Shown here one piece after another: positions 9,658 to 19,238 of a DNA stretch of 64,000 nt. Every line of letters starts with the position of its first letter. Within the stretch, counting starts at the first letter, position 1. The DNA comes from Candidatus Spongiisociaceae bacterium (GTDB lineage: Bacteria; Actinomycetota; Acidimicrobiia; Spongiisociales; Spongiisociaceae). A model generated the notes under the pieces. That model saw only the letters and a program-made list of their open reading frames with translations. It was not told the DNA's origin and made no database searches. The stretch spans positions 4,224,001 through 4,288,000 of the forward strand of contig CBDCOH010000002.1 in assembly GCA_965219685.1 (NCBI GenBank). The letters run 5' to 3'. The position numbers were made by a program, and so were the translations under genes.

Positions 9658-10066
9658 TCGGTTCCCCTACGTTTCTGACGCGGTTACTCAGCGTTTCGCA
9701 TACTCCCCAAAAGGCCAGGTCACAGGCATGTCAGACAAGGGTCTGAAGCGGTGGCGGCTGATCGTTGCGCTGTGTCGAATGTTCCTGGTATCTCGCTCCG
9801 TTCCGGGTCTTCATCCAGGTGTGGGACAGATAGTCGGACATAAAGGGGGGCGAATGGCCAAAGCTGACAGCCGCCTTAGCGCGATCAGTCAACGGGGCAG
9901 GTGAGTACGGCGACCGGGCACGGCCTGATCCCCCGGGTTCCGCGATCGGGTTCCAGACAATGGATATGACGCAGAACCGTAGCCCGCAACCGATGAGATC
10001 TAGATGACATGGGATAGTTGGAGGGCGTATAGTTGGATGGGAGGCCTAGGAGTCGTGGAGAAGCCG

Positions 10067-11310
10067 ATGAGGGCACGTCGGGTTCTGATGGTGTGTGCTC
10101 TGGTCGCCTGGGGTTTGGCACCGGTGCCTGTTCCTGCGTCCGGGGTGGATCCGGCTATCGCGGCGGACGGTTTGTGCTCTCCGGGTTCGGTCAGCCAGTT
10201 CTCCGACGTCGAGGTGGGTGATTACGGGGCTGAGTACATACTGTGTATGCGAGCGTTGGGCCTGTCGGTCGGCAGGGGCGATGGGTCTTACGGGCCGGAG
10301 TTGGAGTTGTCCAGGGCACAGACGGCCTCGTTTTTGGTGCGGTTGTGGAGTGATGCGTTGGAGAAGCACTGCCCGGGCGGTGTGGAAACACCGTTCGTCG
10401 ACGTTGCTGGTAACACTCATGAGGCCAGCATCGGCTGTTTGTACGGCTTGGAGGTGACCAAGGGCAAGACTGCGGTCACCACGGGCCGAGCGAGAACCTG
10501 AGGGCCTCCGAGATAGCCATGTTCTTGATGCGTCTGTATGAGAGGGCGGGCAACAGTTGCGGGGCAGCGGACGATGAGTTGGAGCGGGCGGTTGAGTGTC
10601 TGACTGCGATGAAGGTCACCCCGTCGGTTGCCGAAGCCAGTTCCCACGAGTCTGTGACCAGGGACCAGATGGCTGTGTACGTGATCGGGTTGTGGCACAA
10701 CATGGCTGGCCACGGTCTGCCGCCGGACCCTCCGGAGAAGCCCTACAACCACAGCTCCGGTAGCGATAAGGCAGGCTTGTCCCGTCGTCCCGACCAAGAC
10801 GACGACGATGACGACGACTCGACATCGACCACGCTGGGAAGTTCAACGACGATCGCTACTGATAATGACGGTACGGATAGCGATGGGTATGACACGCCGG
10901 AGACCGACTCGTCGACTTCGACTTCGACGGTGACGACTTCCGTGACGTCGACGACGGTGGGGAGTTCAACGACGATCGCTACTGATAATGACGGTACGGA
11001 TAGCGATGGGTATGACACGCCGGAGACCGACTCGTCGACTTCGACTTCGACGGTGACGACTTCCGTGACGTCGACGACGGTGGGGAGTTCAACGACGATC
11101 GCTACTGATAATGACGGTACGGATAGCGATGGGTATGACACGCCGGAGACCGACTCGTCGACTTCGACTTCGACGGTGACGACTTCCGTGACGTCGACGA
11201 CGGTGGGGAGTTCAACGACGATCGCTACTGATAATGACGGTACGGATAGCGATGGGTATGACACGCCGACTACTTCTGTGTCGGTCAGCGACAGCGACGA
11301 CAGCGGCTGA
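10067..11310 (+). CDS. SLH-like domain surface protein with Ser/Thr/Asp-rich repeat tail; 1-bp frameshift near 10480
   Basis: Signal peptide; FSDV...YGP...LSRAQTASFLVRL and FVDVAGNTHEASIGCLYGL motifs. Adding one T restores T-Y-G-P-S-E-N-L-R-A-S-E-I-A-M-F-L and joins ORFs 10004-10501 and 10519-11310. Confidence 0.7.
10840..11268 (+). repeat. 123-bp coding tandem repeat, about 3.5 identical copies (41 aa)
   Basis: GATAATGACGGTACGGATAGCG recurs at 10861, 10984, 11107, 11230. Confidence 0.95.
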
Positions 11311-11321
11311 GGGTTAGGCGT

Positions 11322-12524
11322 TTGGGGGCTTCGTCGGGCCTGGGGGTTGCGTATCCCGAGGACCCGGCCTTGGACGGGTTGGCCGATTTGTTCGATCGGG
11401 GGTGGGTGCTGGAGGCGTACCGCCAGCGGTTCGGGGGTGGCGGGGCGGTTCCTCACGGGGTTTTCCTTTTCCAGGTCAGGCACAGTCCGGGCCGGCGCAT
11501 CCTCGTCACCTACAGGGTCGAACTGCCACCGCGGGACTATCTCCCCTCGGAGTACTTCACGCTCTTGTTGAATCGTGGCGGGGAAGTGAAGGCGTTCCGC
11601 TACCCCCGCGATCCCCACCTGCCGGGCCTGGTAGGGGTGGCCGACCCCGTATCCGCACACCGGCTAGTAGGCCAACATGTCCTGGCTTTCCCCGCCCGGC
11701 GTCTGCGCGTGGAGTTGGTGCGGTACCGTCCCGCAAGCCGGGCGGTGCTGCGCCACAGGGTGGGCAAAGCCGGGTTCTATGTTCGCGCGATACGCCCCCG
11801 GGACTTGGAGCCGCTGCTGGGGGCGGCGACCCTCATCCAGCGATCCGGGTTCGCGGCTCCCCGCATAGCCGGCGTCTGGGAGGAGGGGGCGGTGGTGTGG
11901 CTGGCGGAGATACCGGGCAGGAACCTACGCCGAGTCCTGAGGGACGGGAACCCGCCTAACCCCGATGCGCTGCTCGCCGGCCTCGAGACGATCTGGCGTC
12001 TCCCCCAACACACCGCAGGTGCGGGTCCGTTCAACCTTGCTGGACGTTATAGATACGCGAAACGCCTCATCGGCTCCGCTCTCCGTCACGGTGGCAACAG
12101 TCGGGGCCTGATGACGACCAGCACCAGCAAACTGGATCCCTTCGTTGACGGTTGGGAACCGTCGACCGTTGCGCACAATGACTTCTACGACGACCAGATG
12201 ATCATCCTTCCCGACGGGCGAATATCGCTGGTCGATTTCGAGGAAGCAGGCGCGGGCGAGCCGATGGTGGATGTGGGCAACTTCTTGGCGCACCTGAGAT
12301 GGAACTCGACCTTCCGACCGACGGCGGAAGACGCCATCGGCGCCTACCACCACAGGTTCCGCCAAGCAGCACTCGACCGGTTCGGCTGGAACCCCGCAGA
12401 ACTCAACCTGCGGGAAGCGGTCTGCCTCTTCAGAATCTGCACCAACCCAATAAGGCGACCACGACCCGACTGGCACCGCAAACTTGAAGCCGGCCTACGT
12501 CTCGTCAACCAGGCAATCGAGTAG
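11322..12524 (+). CDS. Aminoglycoside phosphotransferase/choline kinase-like protein
   Basis: HNDFYDDQ catalytic-like motif, LVDFE, DVGNFLAHL. Confidence 0.8.
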   Translation: MGASSGLGVAYPEDPALDGLADLFDRGWVLEAYRQRFGGGGAVPHGVFLFQVRHSPGRRILVTYRVELPPRDYLPSEYFTLLLNRGGEVKAFRYPRDPHLPGLVGVADPVSAHRLVGQHVLAFPARRLRVELVRYRPASRAVLRHRVGKAGFYVRAIRPRDLEPLLGAATLIQRSGFAAPRIAGVWEEGAVVWLAEIPGRNLRRVLRDGNPPNPDALLAGLETIWRLPQHTAGAGPFNLAGRYRYAKRLIGSALRHGGNSRGLMTTSTSKLDPFVDGWEPSTVAHNDFYDDQMIILPDGRISLVDFEEAGAGEPMVDVGNFLAHLRWNSTFRPTAEDAIGAYHHRFRQAALDRFGWNPAELNLREAVCLFRICTNPIRRPRPDWHRKLEAGLRLVNQAIE

Positions 12525-12768
12525 TGACACAGTCCTGGACCAACCTTCGGGGGGTCCAGCCGGCAGGTTCCTAGCGTTGCGTAGCGATCGGAAAGTGCGG
12601 TAGATTCCGGCCAGATCCCTAGGAACTACTCGTCTAGAGTCTGCAGAGGGTCCCATCCGGATCGGTGCGATCCCTTGCCGACGAGTCGACACGATCCTCT
12701 AGTCCGACCGGCAACTGTCAACTCCTGCGTACGCCACGCAACTGCACCGCCGGAAGGCGACAATCCCA

Positions 12769-13494
12769 ATGGCTGTAAAGGAAACGGGGTGGACTATGAA
12801 GGCTGGTTCGGTTAACAGGTTCGAGGCTTGGGCGCTTATCGTGGGGCCGGTTGTTGCCCTCGTCTTCTTCCTGGTTGAACCGGGCGGGATGCTCATCGAC
12901 AGCGCCGTTTCGACCGACTACATCGGAAGGGTCCGGGCCTTGGCGTCCAACTCGGCCATGGCCCATGTCGCGGCTCTCATGGTCCCTCTCGGCCTGATCG
13001 TCATGATCTACGGGTTGACCGGCCTCAATCGGCTGATCGTCCTCGCCGAGGACGACTTCGCCGCCGCCGTGTCCAGATTCGGGACCCTCAGCGTGACCAT
13101 GGGTGGTTTCGGATGGATCATGGCCGACGGGCTGATCCACATCCTTGCCGAGACCCAGGCCCAGTCGGAGCAGGCGCTCCAGGCGGTGGTACCGATCGCT
13201 CAGGCGGGCTCCGGCATTACCTTCATTTCGAGCATCGCCGTCGCATTGGGTGTCATGGCGTTGAGTATGGGCTTGTCGGCCAGGGACCCCGTGGGCTTCA
13301 ACAAGATCGCCGCCCTGGTGATCCTCGTCGTGTCCGCCGTCGCCGTGGTCGCACTCATCATCGGCCAAAGCGGCCCCGACGAGAACATGGTCACCCTGGC
13401 CAGGCTCTGCTACTTCCCATGGGTGCTATGGAGCATCACGCTTGGTGTGAGGTTCCTCAAGGCCGCAAGCCTGGCGCACGGAACCAGGGCATAG
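12769..13494 (+). CDS. Hypothetical integral membrane protein
   Basis: 241 aa, about 6 hydrophobic segments. Confidence 0.7.
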   Translation: MAVKETGWTMKAGSVNRFEAWALIVGPVVALVFFLVEPGGMLIDSAVSTDYIGRVRALASNSAMAHVAALMVPLGLIVMIYGLTGLNRLIVLAEDDFAAAVSRFGTLSVTMGGFGWIMADGLIHILAETQAQSEQALQAVVPIAQAGSGITFISSIAVALGVMALSMGLSARDPVGFNKIAALVILVVSAVAVVALIIGQSGPDENMVTLARLCYFPWVLWSITLGVRFLKAASLAHGTRA

Positions 13495-13843
13495 CACCGC
13501 GAGACGCGTGTGCCCGCACTTGAGCACTCAGGACGCAAACCGGCGGTTCGGAGTTCGAACTGCCACGTTCGGGGAGAGGGCAGTCAACGCTGGGATGTCT
13601 TCGGGCGGCGGGTACCGGACGACTCTGGTGGCGGACGGAAACCGCAGGAAAGTGGTCTGAAGCATCCGCTATATGTCCGATCCAATCCGGGAGCGGTGAC
13701 GTGAGCGCGCGTCCGCTGTTGGTGCAGAAGTGGTCTCGGGGTGCTTCCACTTGGCGCAATGGCAACAGTCGCAACCAATCGGCACCCGGATGCCGGAATA
13801 GGGGCCGGGGATGTTCGGAGCTTGGCATGCCGCCGCCGGCCGA

Positions 13844-14608
13844 TCACGGTGCGAGGGGACCGAACGCGAGGTAGGAGTGGGGCCCATCAGCGAGTCGTCG
13901 CACCTCGATACCGTAGACGGGTTCGAGCACATCGCTTAGCAGGACTTCTCCGGGCGAACCCTGGTGCACGACCCTGCCTTGGTCGAGGAGGACGAGATGG
14001 TCGCAGTAGCGGCTGGCGAGGTTGAGGTCGTGGAGCACCACGATGGTGTCCATTTCGAGGCTCCGAACCAAGGTCAGTACCTCGTGCTGGTAGCGGACAT
14101 CGAGATGATTGGTGGGCTCGTCGAGCAGCATCACCGGGCTCTGTTGCGCGACACACCGGGCGATCATTACCCGTTGGCGTTCCCCACCTGACAACTCTTG
14201 GAGGTTGCGTTCGGCGAAGCCCGACAGGTTGACCAGTTCGAGTGCTTCGAGTGTGACACGGCGGTCGTCGTCGGTGAAGCCCTGATGGTCGCCACGATGA
14301 ACGTGGCGACCCAACAGCACGAACTCGCCGACCGTTATGCCGATCCCGTCGGCCGCGGCGTCCTGGGTCACGACCGCGACCGCACGCGCTATCGAGCGCT
14401 GAGACAACGACTCGATCGGTTCGTCGCCGATGAGAACCGCGCCTCTGTCCGGGCGAAGCATCCCGTACAGGCAGCGCAGCAGCGACGACTTTCCGCTGCC
14501 GTTAGGTCCGATGAGGCCGACCACTTGTCCGGGGCGCGTGCAGAGTTGCGCCCCGGACAGTACATCGACCGCGCCGAGCCGGAGGTCGATGCCGGTGGCC
14601 GCAATCAT
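13844..14608 (-). CDS. Iron-chelate/cobalamin-type ABC transporter ATP-binding protein
   Basis: GPNGSGKS, LSGGERQR, LLDEPTNHLD, VLHDLNLA. Confidence 0.92.
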   Translation of the reverse strand: MIAATGIDLRLGAVDVLSGAQLCTRPGQVVGLIGPNGSGKSSLLRCLYGMLRPDRGAVLIGDEPIESLSQRSIARAVAVVTQDAAADGIGITVGEFVLLGRHVHRGDHQGFTDDDRRVTLEALELVNLSGFAERNLQELSGGERQRVMIARCVAQQSPVMLLDEPTNHLDVRYQHEVLTLVRSLEMDTIVVLHDLNLASRYCDHLVLLDQGRVVHQGSPGEVLLSDVLEPVYGIEVRRLADGPHSYLAFGPLAP

Positions 14609-14615
14609 GGGTTGG

Positions 14616-15680
14616 TCATTCAGAGATCTGGTCGCCGAGAACGGACAGTCCTCTCACCACGATTGGCGATGGTGGTTCGGCAAAGTTGAACAGGAGCGGG
14701 TAGACCTCGCCTTCGGCCACCGCGGTGATGCTGCCTGCGCCCGGGAGATCGGTGACGAGCGCTCTGACCTGCTCGGGCGTAACGTCGACCTCCCAATAGA
14801 GCAGGACCAGGATGTCGGGGTTGCGATCGATGATTTCCTCGATGGAGACCTCGAACACTCGCTCGCCAAAGTCGGCGAAGAGGTTGGTCATGCCGAGGGC
14901 CTCCATCAGCGGGTGCACCATGCCGCGCGAGGAGTAAGCGTAGATGGCGCCGCCGTCGGAACTGACACCTAGCGCGGCAGCGGTCTTGCCCTCGGCAACT
15001 GGCGAATCGGCTGCCGAGGCCACGGCGGCCTCCATCGCGGCTGCGCTCGCGTTTGCTATCTCCTCCGTGCCGAAAAGCCTCCCGTAGAGGCGGACCTCTT
15101 CCACGATGCTCTCGAATGATGGTCTCGGTGGGTTGTCGCAGAACGGGGGCATCACATAGAGCTGGATGCCGACGTCCGCGAGCGCGTCGTGGGTGAGCGT
15201 TTCGGTGTCGTAGCCGATGACGATGTCGGGCTCGTAGGCGATGATCGTCTCGATCGAGATCATTGCGCCGCCGGTCGAGGTGAACTCGGCCTGCAATGCG
15301 GGAAGAGCGTCGAGGATGGCCATTTCGTCGGGGGTGTAGTACTCCTCGGAGAAGTCATCGATGCGGGCCACCACACGATCCATGGCGCCGGCAGCAAATA
15401 GCAGCGAGGGCGCGGCGGGCTCCATCAGCAACACCCGCTCAGGAGCGGAGTCAAGGGTGAACTCCTGGCCGCAGTTGGTGAAGGTCAGCGGGAATCCGTC
15501 GTCCTCAACCGCGCCCTGCTCGTTCTCGACCGGCTCGGTCGCTGCTGGCTGCCCCCCTGTCTCGTCGGAGGCAGGGGCAATCGAGGGGGAGGAGTCGTCG
15601 CTGCCTCCGCACGCCGAGGCTACGAGACCCAAGACGACAAGCAGGACGACTGCAGGCAGTCTTGACGCTAACAGTTGCAT
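14616..15680 (-). CDS. Metal-chelate ABC substrate-binding lipoprotein
   Basis: Lipobox VASAC; FPLTFTNCG...APERV, SIETIIAYEPD, SIEEIIDRNPD motifs. Confidence 0.88.
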   Translation of the reverse strand: MQLLASRLPAVVLLVVLGLVASACGGSDDSSPSIAPASDETGGQPAATEPVENEQGAVEDDGFPLTFTNCGQEFTLDSAPERVLLMEPAAPSLLFAAGAMDRVVARIDDFSEEYYTPDEMAILDALPALQAEFTSTGGAMISIETIIAYEPDIVIGYDTETLTHDALADVGIQLYVMPPFCDNPPRPSFESIVEEVRLYGRLFGTEEIANASAAAMEAAVASAADSPVAEGKTAAALGVSSDGGAIYAYSSRGMVHPLMEALGMTNLFADFGERVFEVSIEEIIDRNPDILVLLYWEVDVTPEQVRALVTDLPGAGSITAVAEGEVYPLLFNFAEPPSPIVVRGLSVLGDQISE

Positions 15681-15708
15681 AGTGTTCCTTTCTCGAGCGC
15701 GGTCGCGC

Positions 15709-16797
15709 TCAGTTGGTGTGAGGGAGTTTTCGGACGAGCGCGACGAGGACCGGCGCACCGAGCACCCCGGTGACTACGCCGATCGGTAGCTCGCGGGGCT
15801 GCAAGGCCATGCGGGCCGCGACATCGGCCCAGACGAGGATGATGGCGCCGAGAGCGGCCGACGCCGGGACCAGGTGGCGGTGGATTGGGCCGACGATCCG
15901 GCGTGCGATGTGGGGGGCCGCGAGACCGACGAATCCGATACCGCCCGACAGCGACACGGCGAAGCCGACACACAGTGCCACTACGACCACGAGTACAAAA
16001 CGGGAGCGCTCGGGATTGACGCCGCTCGCCAGGGCGGTCTCGTCGCCGAGTGCGAGGAGGTCGAGTCGGCGACGCCACCAGAATACGAGGGCTACGCCGG
16101 CGCCCATGCCGAGGTAGCCGATGGGCAACGTTGACCAGTCGGCGTTCGCAAGCGATCCTAGGAGCCAGAAGACCACCGCTCGGGCGCCTTCGGTGTTGTC
16201 GGCGATTAGGATCAGCAGGCTGGTGGTCGCGCTCAGTAGGTAACCGACGGCCACCCCCGCCACAATCATCCGCGAGGGTGTGATCCGACCGGTTGACCGG
16301 GCCAGCGTCAACACCAGAGCAAGGGCGCCGAGGGCGCCGAGGAATGCCATTAGCGACACTGACTCCGCGCCCAACCAGGAGCCAACTCCGAACAGGATCG
16401 CCGCGGCTGCACCAACGGATGCCCCGGAGCTCACGCCGATGATGTACGGCTCGGCCAGCGGGTTGCGGACCAGTGCTTGGAGAGTCGTTCCCACGACTCC
16501 GAGGGCCGTGCCCACGATCCCGCCGAGCAGCACCCGCGGCAGCCGCACCTCCCAGATGATGGCGTCGTCGGTCCTCGCCCAGTTCGCTACGTCGGGCACG
16601 CCGATCGTGTAGTGACCGATGATCCTCAGGACTGTCGAAGGTGTCACCGCGACCGGACCGAGCCCGATGGCGACGACCACCGACACGACGGTCATGAGCG
16701 CGAGGGCGACAAGTGTGGGCCGCCGACTCCACCGCCAACCGGCGCGGTGGGCTATTCGGGCGCCGTCCCCGGCCGCGGTCTCGAGTTGGGCGGTCAC
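15709..16797 (-). CDS. FecCD-family ABC permease
   Basis: RLPRVLL, QALVRNPLAEPYIIGVSSGA, GIGFVGL, ELPIGVVT. Confidence 0.93.
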   Translation of the reverse strand: MTAQLETAAGDGARIAHRAGWRWSRRPTLVALALMTVVSVVVAIGLGPVAVTPSTVLRIIGHYTIGVPDVANWARTDDAIIWEVRLPRVLLGGIVGTALGVVGTTLQALVRNPLAEPYIIGVSSGASVGAAAAILFGVGSWLGAESVSLMAFLGALGALALVLTLARSTGRITPSRMIVAGVAVGYLLSATTSLLILIADNTEGARAVVFWLLGSLANADWSTLPIGYLGMGAGVALVFWWRRRLDLLALGDETALASGVNPERSRFVLVVVVALCVGFAVSLSGGIGFVGLAAPHIARRIVGPIHRHLVPASAALGAIILVWADVAARMALQPRELPIGVVTGVLGAPVLVALVRKLPHTN

Positions 16798-17594
16798 GGA
16801 TTCGGCGACCCCGACTTCACCGCCATCACGATTCGATCGTCGAAGCGTTGCCAGATCGTGTCGACGTCGGAGAAGCCGGCGCGCCTCACCAGATCACAGA
16901 AGCCACGGAGTGTTGGTCGCTGGTCGGCGGCGGTCGACTGTGGTCCACCGTTGTCGCCAGGAGCCTGAGCGTCGAACACCCGGTCGCGCGCCGCGCACAG
17001 CGAGACCAGCCCGGCGTCGGCACGGGCACGTTCCCACCACTGGTCCCAGGTGGGCGCTCCGCTGCCCGCCGCGGTTTCGGCGTCCCGGGCTGCAATCCAC
17101 TCAGCGACGGCGGTCAGCGTGGGCGCCCGCTCATAGCCAAGATGGTCGGCGTTGAGCACCAGACCACCCACCCTGAGCGCTCGGTGGGCGTTGAGAAGGG
17201 CTTGGCTCAACTCGTCCTCCGACAGCCAGTGCAGCGCTGTCGAGGAACACACCACATCCACCCCACCGGTAAGGACATGGTCAATCCACGCCGGGTCGGC
17301 GGCATCGCACTCGATCATCCGGACACGACCGGGCTCGAACTGGTCCGCCACCTGGCGCGCCAGGTGAATCAGGACGGGATCGATGTCGACGCCTACGTAG
17401 GTCGCGAAGGGGAACCGCCGAAGCAGCCGCTGGCCGATGGCCGCCGGACCGGCGCCGAGATCGACCACGACCGGGTCTGGACGTCCCGACGACATGGCAA
17501 GCCACTCCACGACGCTGAGCAGCGCATCGAACCGCTCCTCGCGCGCCGCGTTGTAGGTTTCCTGTTGTCGATCCCAGGCCTCAAGAAGTGACAT
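16794..17594 (-). CDS. Class I SAM-dependent methyltransferase
   Basis: VVDLGAGP, GVDIDP, STALHWL motifs; 4-bp overlap with the permease gene. Confidence 0.85.
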   Translation of the reverse strand: MSLLEAWDRQQETYNAAREERFDALLSVVEWLAMSSGRPDPVVVDLGAGPAAIGQRLLRRFPFATYVGVDIDPVLIHLARQVADQFEPGRVRMIECDAADPAWIDHVLTGGVDVVCSSTALHWLSEDELSQALLNAHRALRVGGLVLNADHLGYERAPTLTAVAEWIAARDAETAAGSGAPTWDQWWERARADAGLVSLCAARDRVFDAQAPGDNGGPQSTAADQRPTLRGFCDLVRRAGFSDVDTIWQRFDDRIVMAVKSGSPNP

Positions 17595-17602
17595 GAGGGG
17601 GG

Positions 17603-17631
17603 AGTGTAATGAGAATGAGTCTCATTCTCAT
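17603..17631 (-). promoter_or_regulatory. Fur-family (Fur/Zur) operator palindrome abutting a -10 box
   Basis: Perfect 11-1-11 palindrome ATGAGAATGAG-T-CTCATTCTCAT (17609-17631); TACACT at 17608-17603, 8 nt before the ATG. Confidence 0.7.
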
Positions 17632-17909
17632 AATGAGATGGGGGTGTGTGCAGACCATCGCCGAACGGTCCAAGCGTGAGGCCACCGATGGGTGCCCGGT
17701 GCGGCATGTGGGTTTGAATCCCACCGGGTACCCGGGTTCCCGCAACGATCTCGACCGTTCCGGCTTGTTCCGGACTACCGATGGATACGGTCCTGTGTTG
17801 CGCCTGACGGCTTGGATGCGGCCGCTTGCTCCTGCCGCTGGGCGCAAGCATCGATCTGCCAGGCTCCCAGCGGATTTGTCCAGTGCCGACTCGTATGGAA
17901 CGCTGCACC

Positions 17910-18458
17910 ATGGCACGTATCGAAGTGATTCCCGACGACTCCTGGGACGGCGCGCTCGGCGAGCTCTACCCCCGGGTTGTCGATCGCGCGTACGGCCGCG
18001 TCGACAACATCCTCGCCGTGCACTCCCTCAACCCCCGCGGCATGGCTGCGCACCAGGGGCTGTACGAGTCGGCGATGGCCGGCACAGCGACGCTCCGTAA
18101 GGTCGAGCGGGAGATAATCGCCCTGGTCGTGAGCCTCGAGAATGACTGTCACTACTGAGTCGTCCACCACCGGCGCGGTCTGCGCCGGCTGATCCACGAC
18201 GACGAGCTTGTCGCAGAGATCGAACGGGACTGGGAGACAGCCGCCCTGTCACCCAAGCGGAGGTCGATGCTGAGGTTCGCGGTCAAGCTGACGACGGCGC
18301 CGGGCGCGATGGACGACGCCGACGTCGAGGATCTTCGATCGGCCGGTTTCTCTGATCGTGACATCCTCGACATAGTCGAGGTCGTCGGCTACTACGCGTA
18401 CGCGAACCGGGTTGCCGACGGTCTCGGCATCGAGACCGAACCCTGGATCAGCGACTGA
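17910..18458 (+). CDS. AhpD/carboxymuconolactone decarboxylase-like peroxidase-related selenoprotein (CxxU)
   Basis: REIIALVVSLEND-C-H-Y-TGA(18156-58)-VVHH continues in frame to ...LRSAGFSDRDILDIVEVVGYYAYANRVADGLG; hairpin just downstream of the TGA. Confidence 0.85.
18159..18203 (+). promoter_or_regulatory. Putative bacterial SECIS element
   Basis: Stem CCGGCGC(18170-76)/GCGCCGG(18182-88) with loop GGTCT starting 19 nt after the UGA; possible lower stem GTCGT/ACGAC. Confidence 0.7.
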
Positions 18459-18462
18459 AACG

Positions 18463-18941
18463 TCACGAGCCACCAGAGGTCCGTGACTGTGGGGTCGGGT
18501 AGCTGAGCCGGACCAGGGGGATCGCCCGGTCGGTGCGCTCCTGGTACCGCGCGTAGCGAGGAGCGCCCGCGATCCGCGCCTCCCACAACTCCTCCCGCTC
18601 AGCACCGGTGAGGTCTCCGCCACCGCCGGGAGGATTCGCCCCCTGTCCTGCACTTTCACGTCGTGGTTGGCTACGAGATTGTGGTACCAGGCCGGGTGGC
18701 GATCGGCGCCGCCGAAGGACCCGACCACCACCATCGAGTCGCCGTCGGGCAGGTGGCTGAGGCACACCGTGTGCGGCCTGGTGGAACGGCGGCCGGTGGT
18801 GCGAAGGAGGATGCAAGGCATCCCGTCGACCCGGCCGCCGACCCTGCCCCCGGTCAGCCCGTACAGAACGACGTGGATGCGCGAGATCCACGGGATGAGC
18901 CAGTGCGGAGGTGTCCAGTCGCTGACGCTCGGGCGACTCAT
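18463..18941 (-). CDS. F420-dependent (deazaflavin) nitroreductase-family protein; 1-bp frameshift near 18612
   Basis: LLRTTGRRS, VVGSFGGADRHPAWYHNLVAN; after the shift LTGAEREELW...YARYQERTDRAIPLVRL. Confidence 0.8.
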
Positions 18942-19238
18942 CCCCTTCTCCCTCGTATCGCCGCAGGACGATCGTCCTTCAGGGCGGGGTCCCGGTCCGT
19001 GTCGGGGCGACGCCACGGCTCTCTGCGTTCCTGCTACACCTGCAGGACACGTCGCAGCGAGGACAGGCTCCGCCGCAGGTTAGGCCGGATCTCGGACACC
19101 GGCATTTCCGCTGTAGAGCCAGCGATCCGGGTCCAACTCGACCTGTAGCGTGGGGCCTGGCCGCTGCGTTGATCGAATCGCTCAACTGCCTGCGCAGGGC
19201 GTGCGTCGGGCAGTGGCGCGTGAGAGGTGAAAGGGCAC

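Noticed and set aside
10840-11268. CRISPR array
   Set aside because: Units are fully identical with no unique spacers, are in-frame coding, and no cas genes are present.
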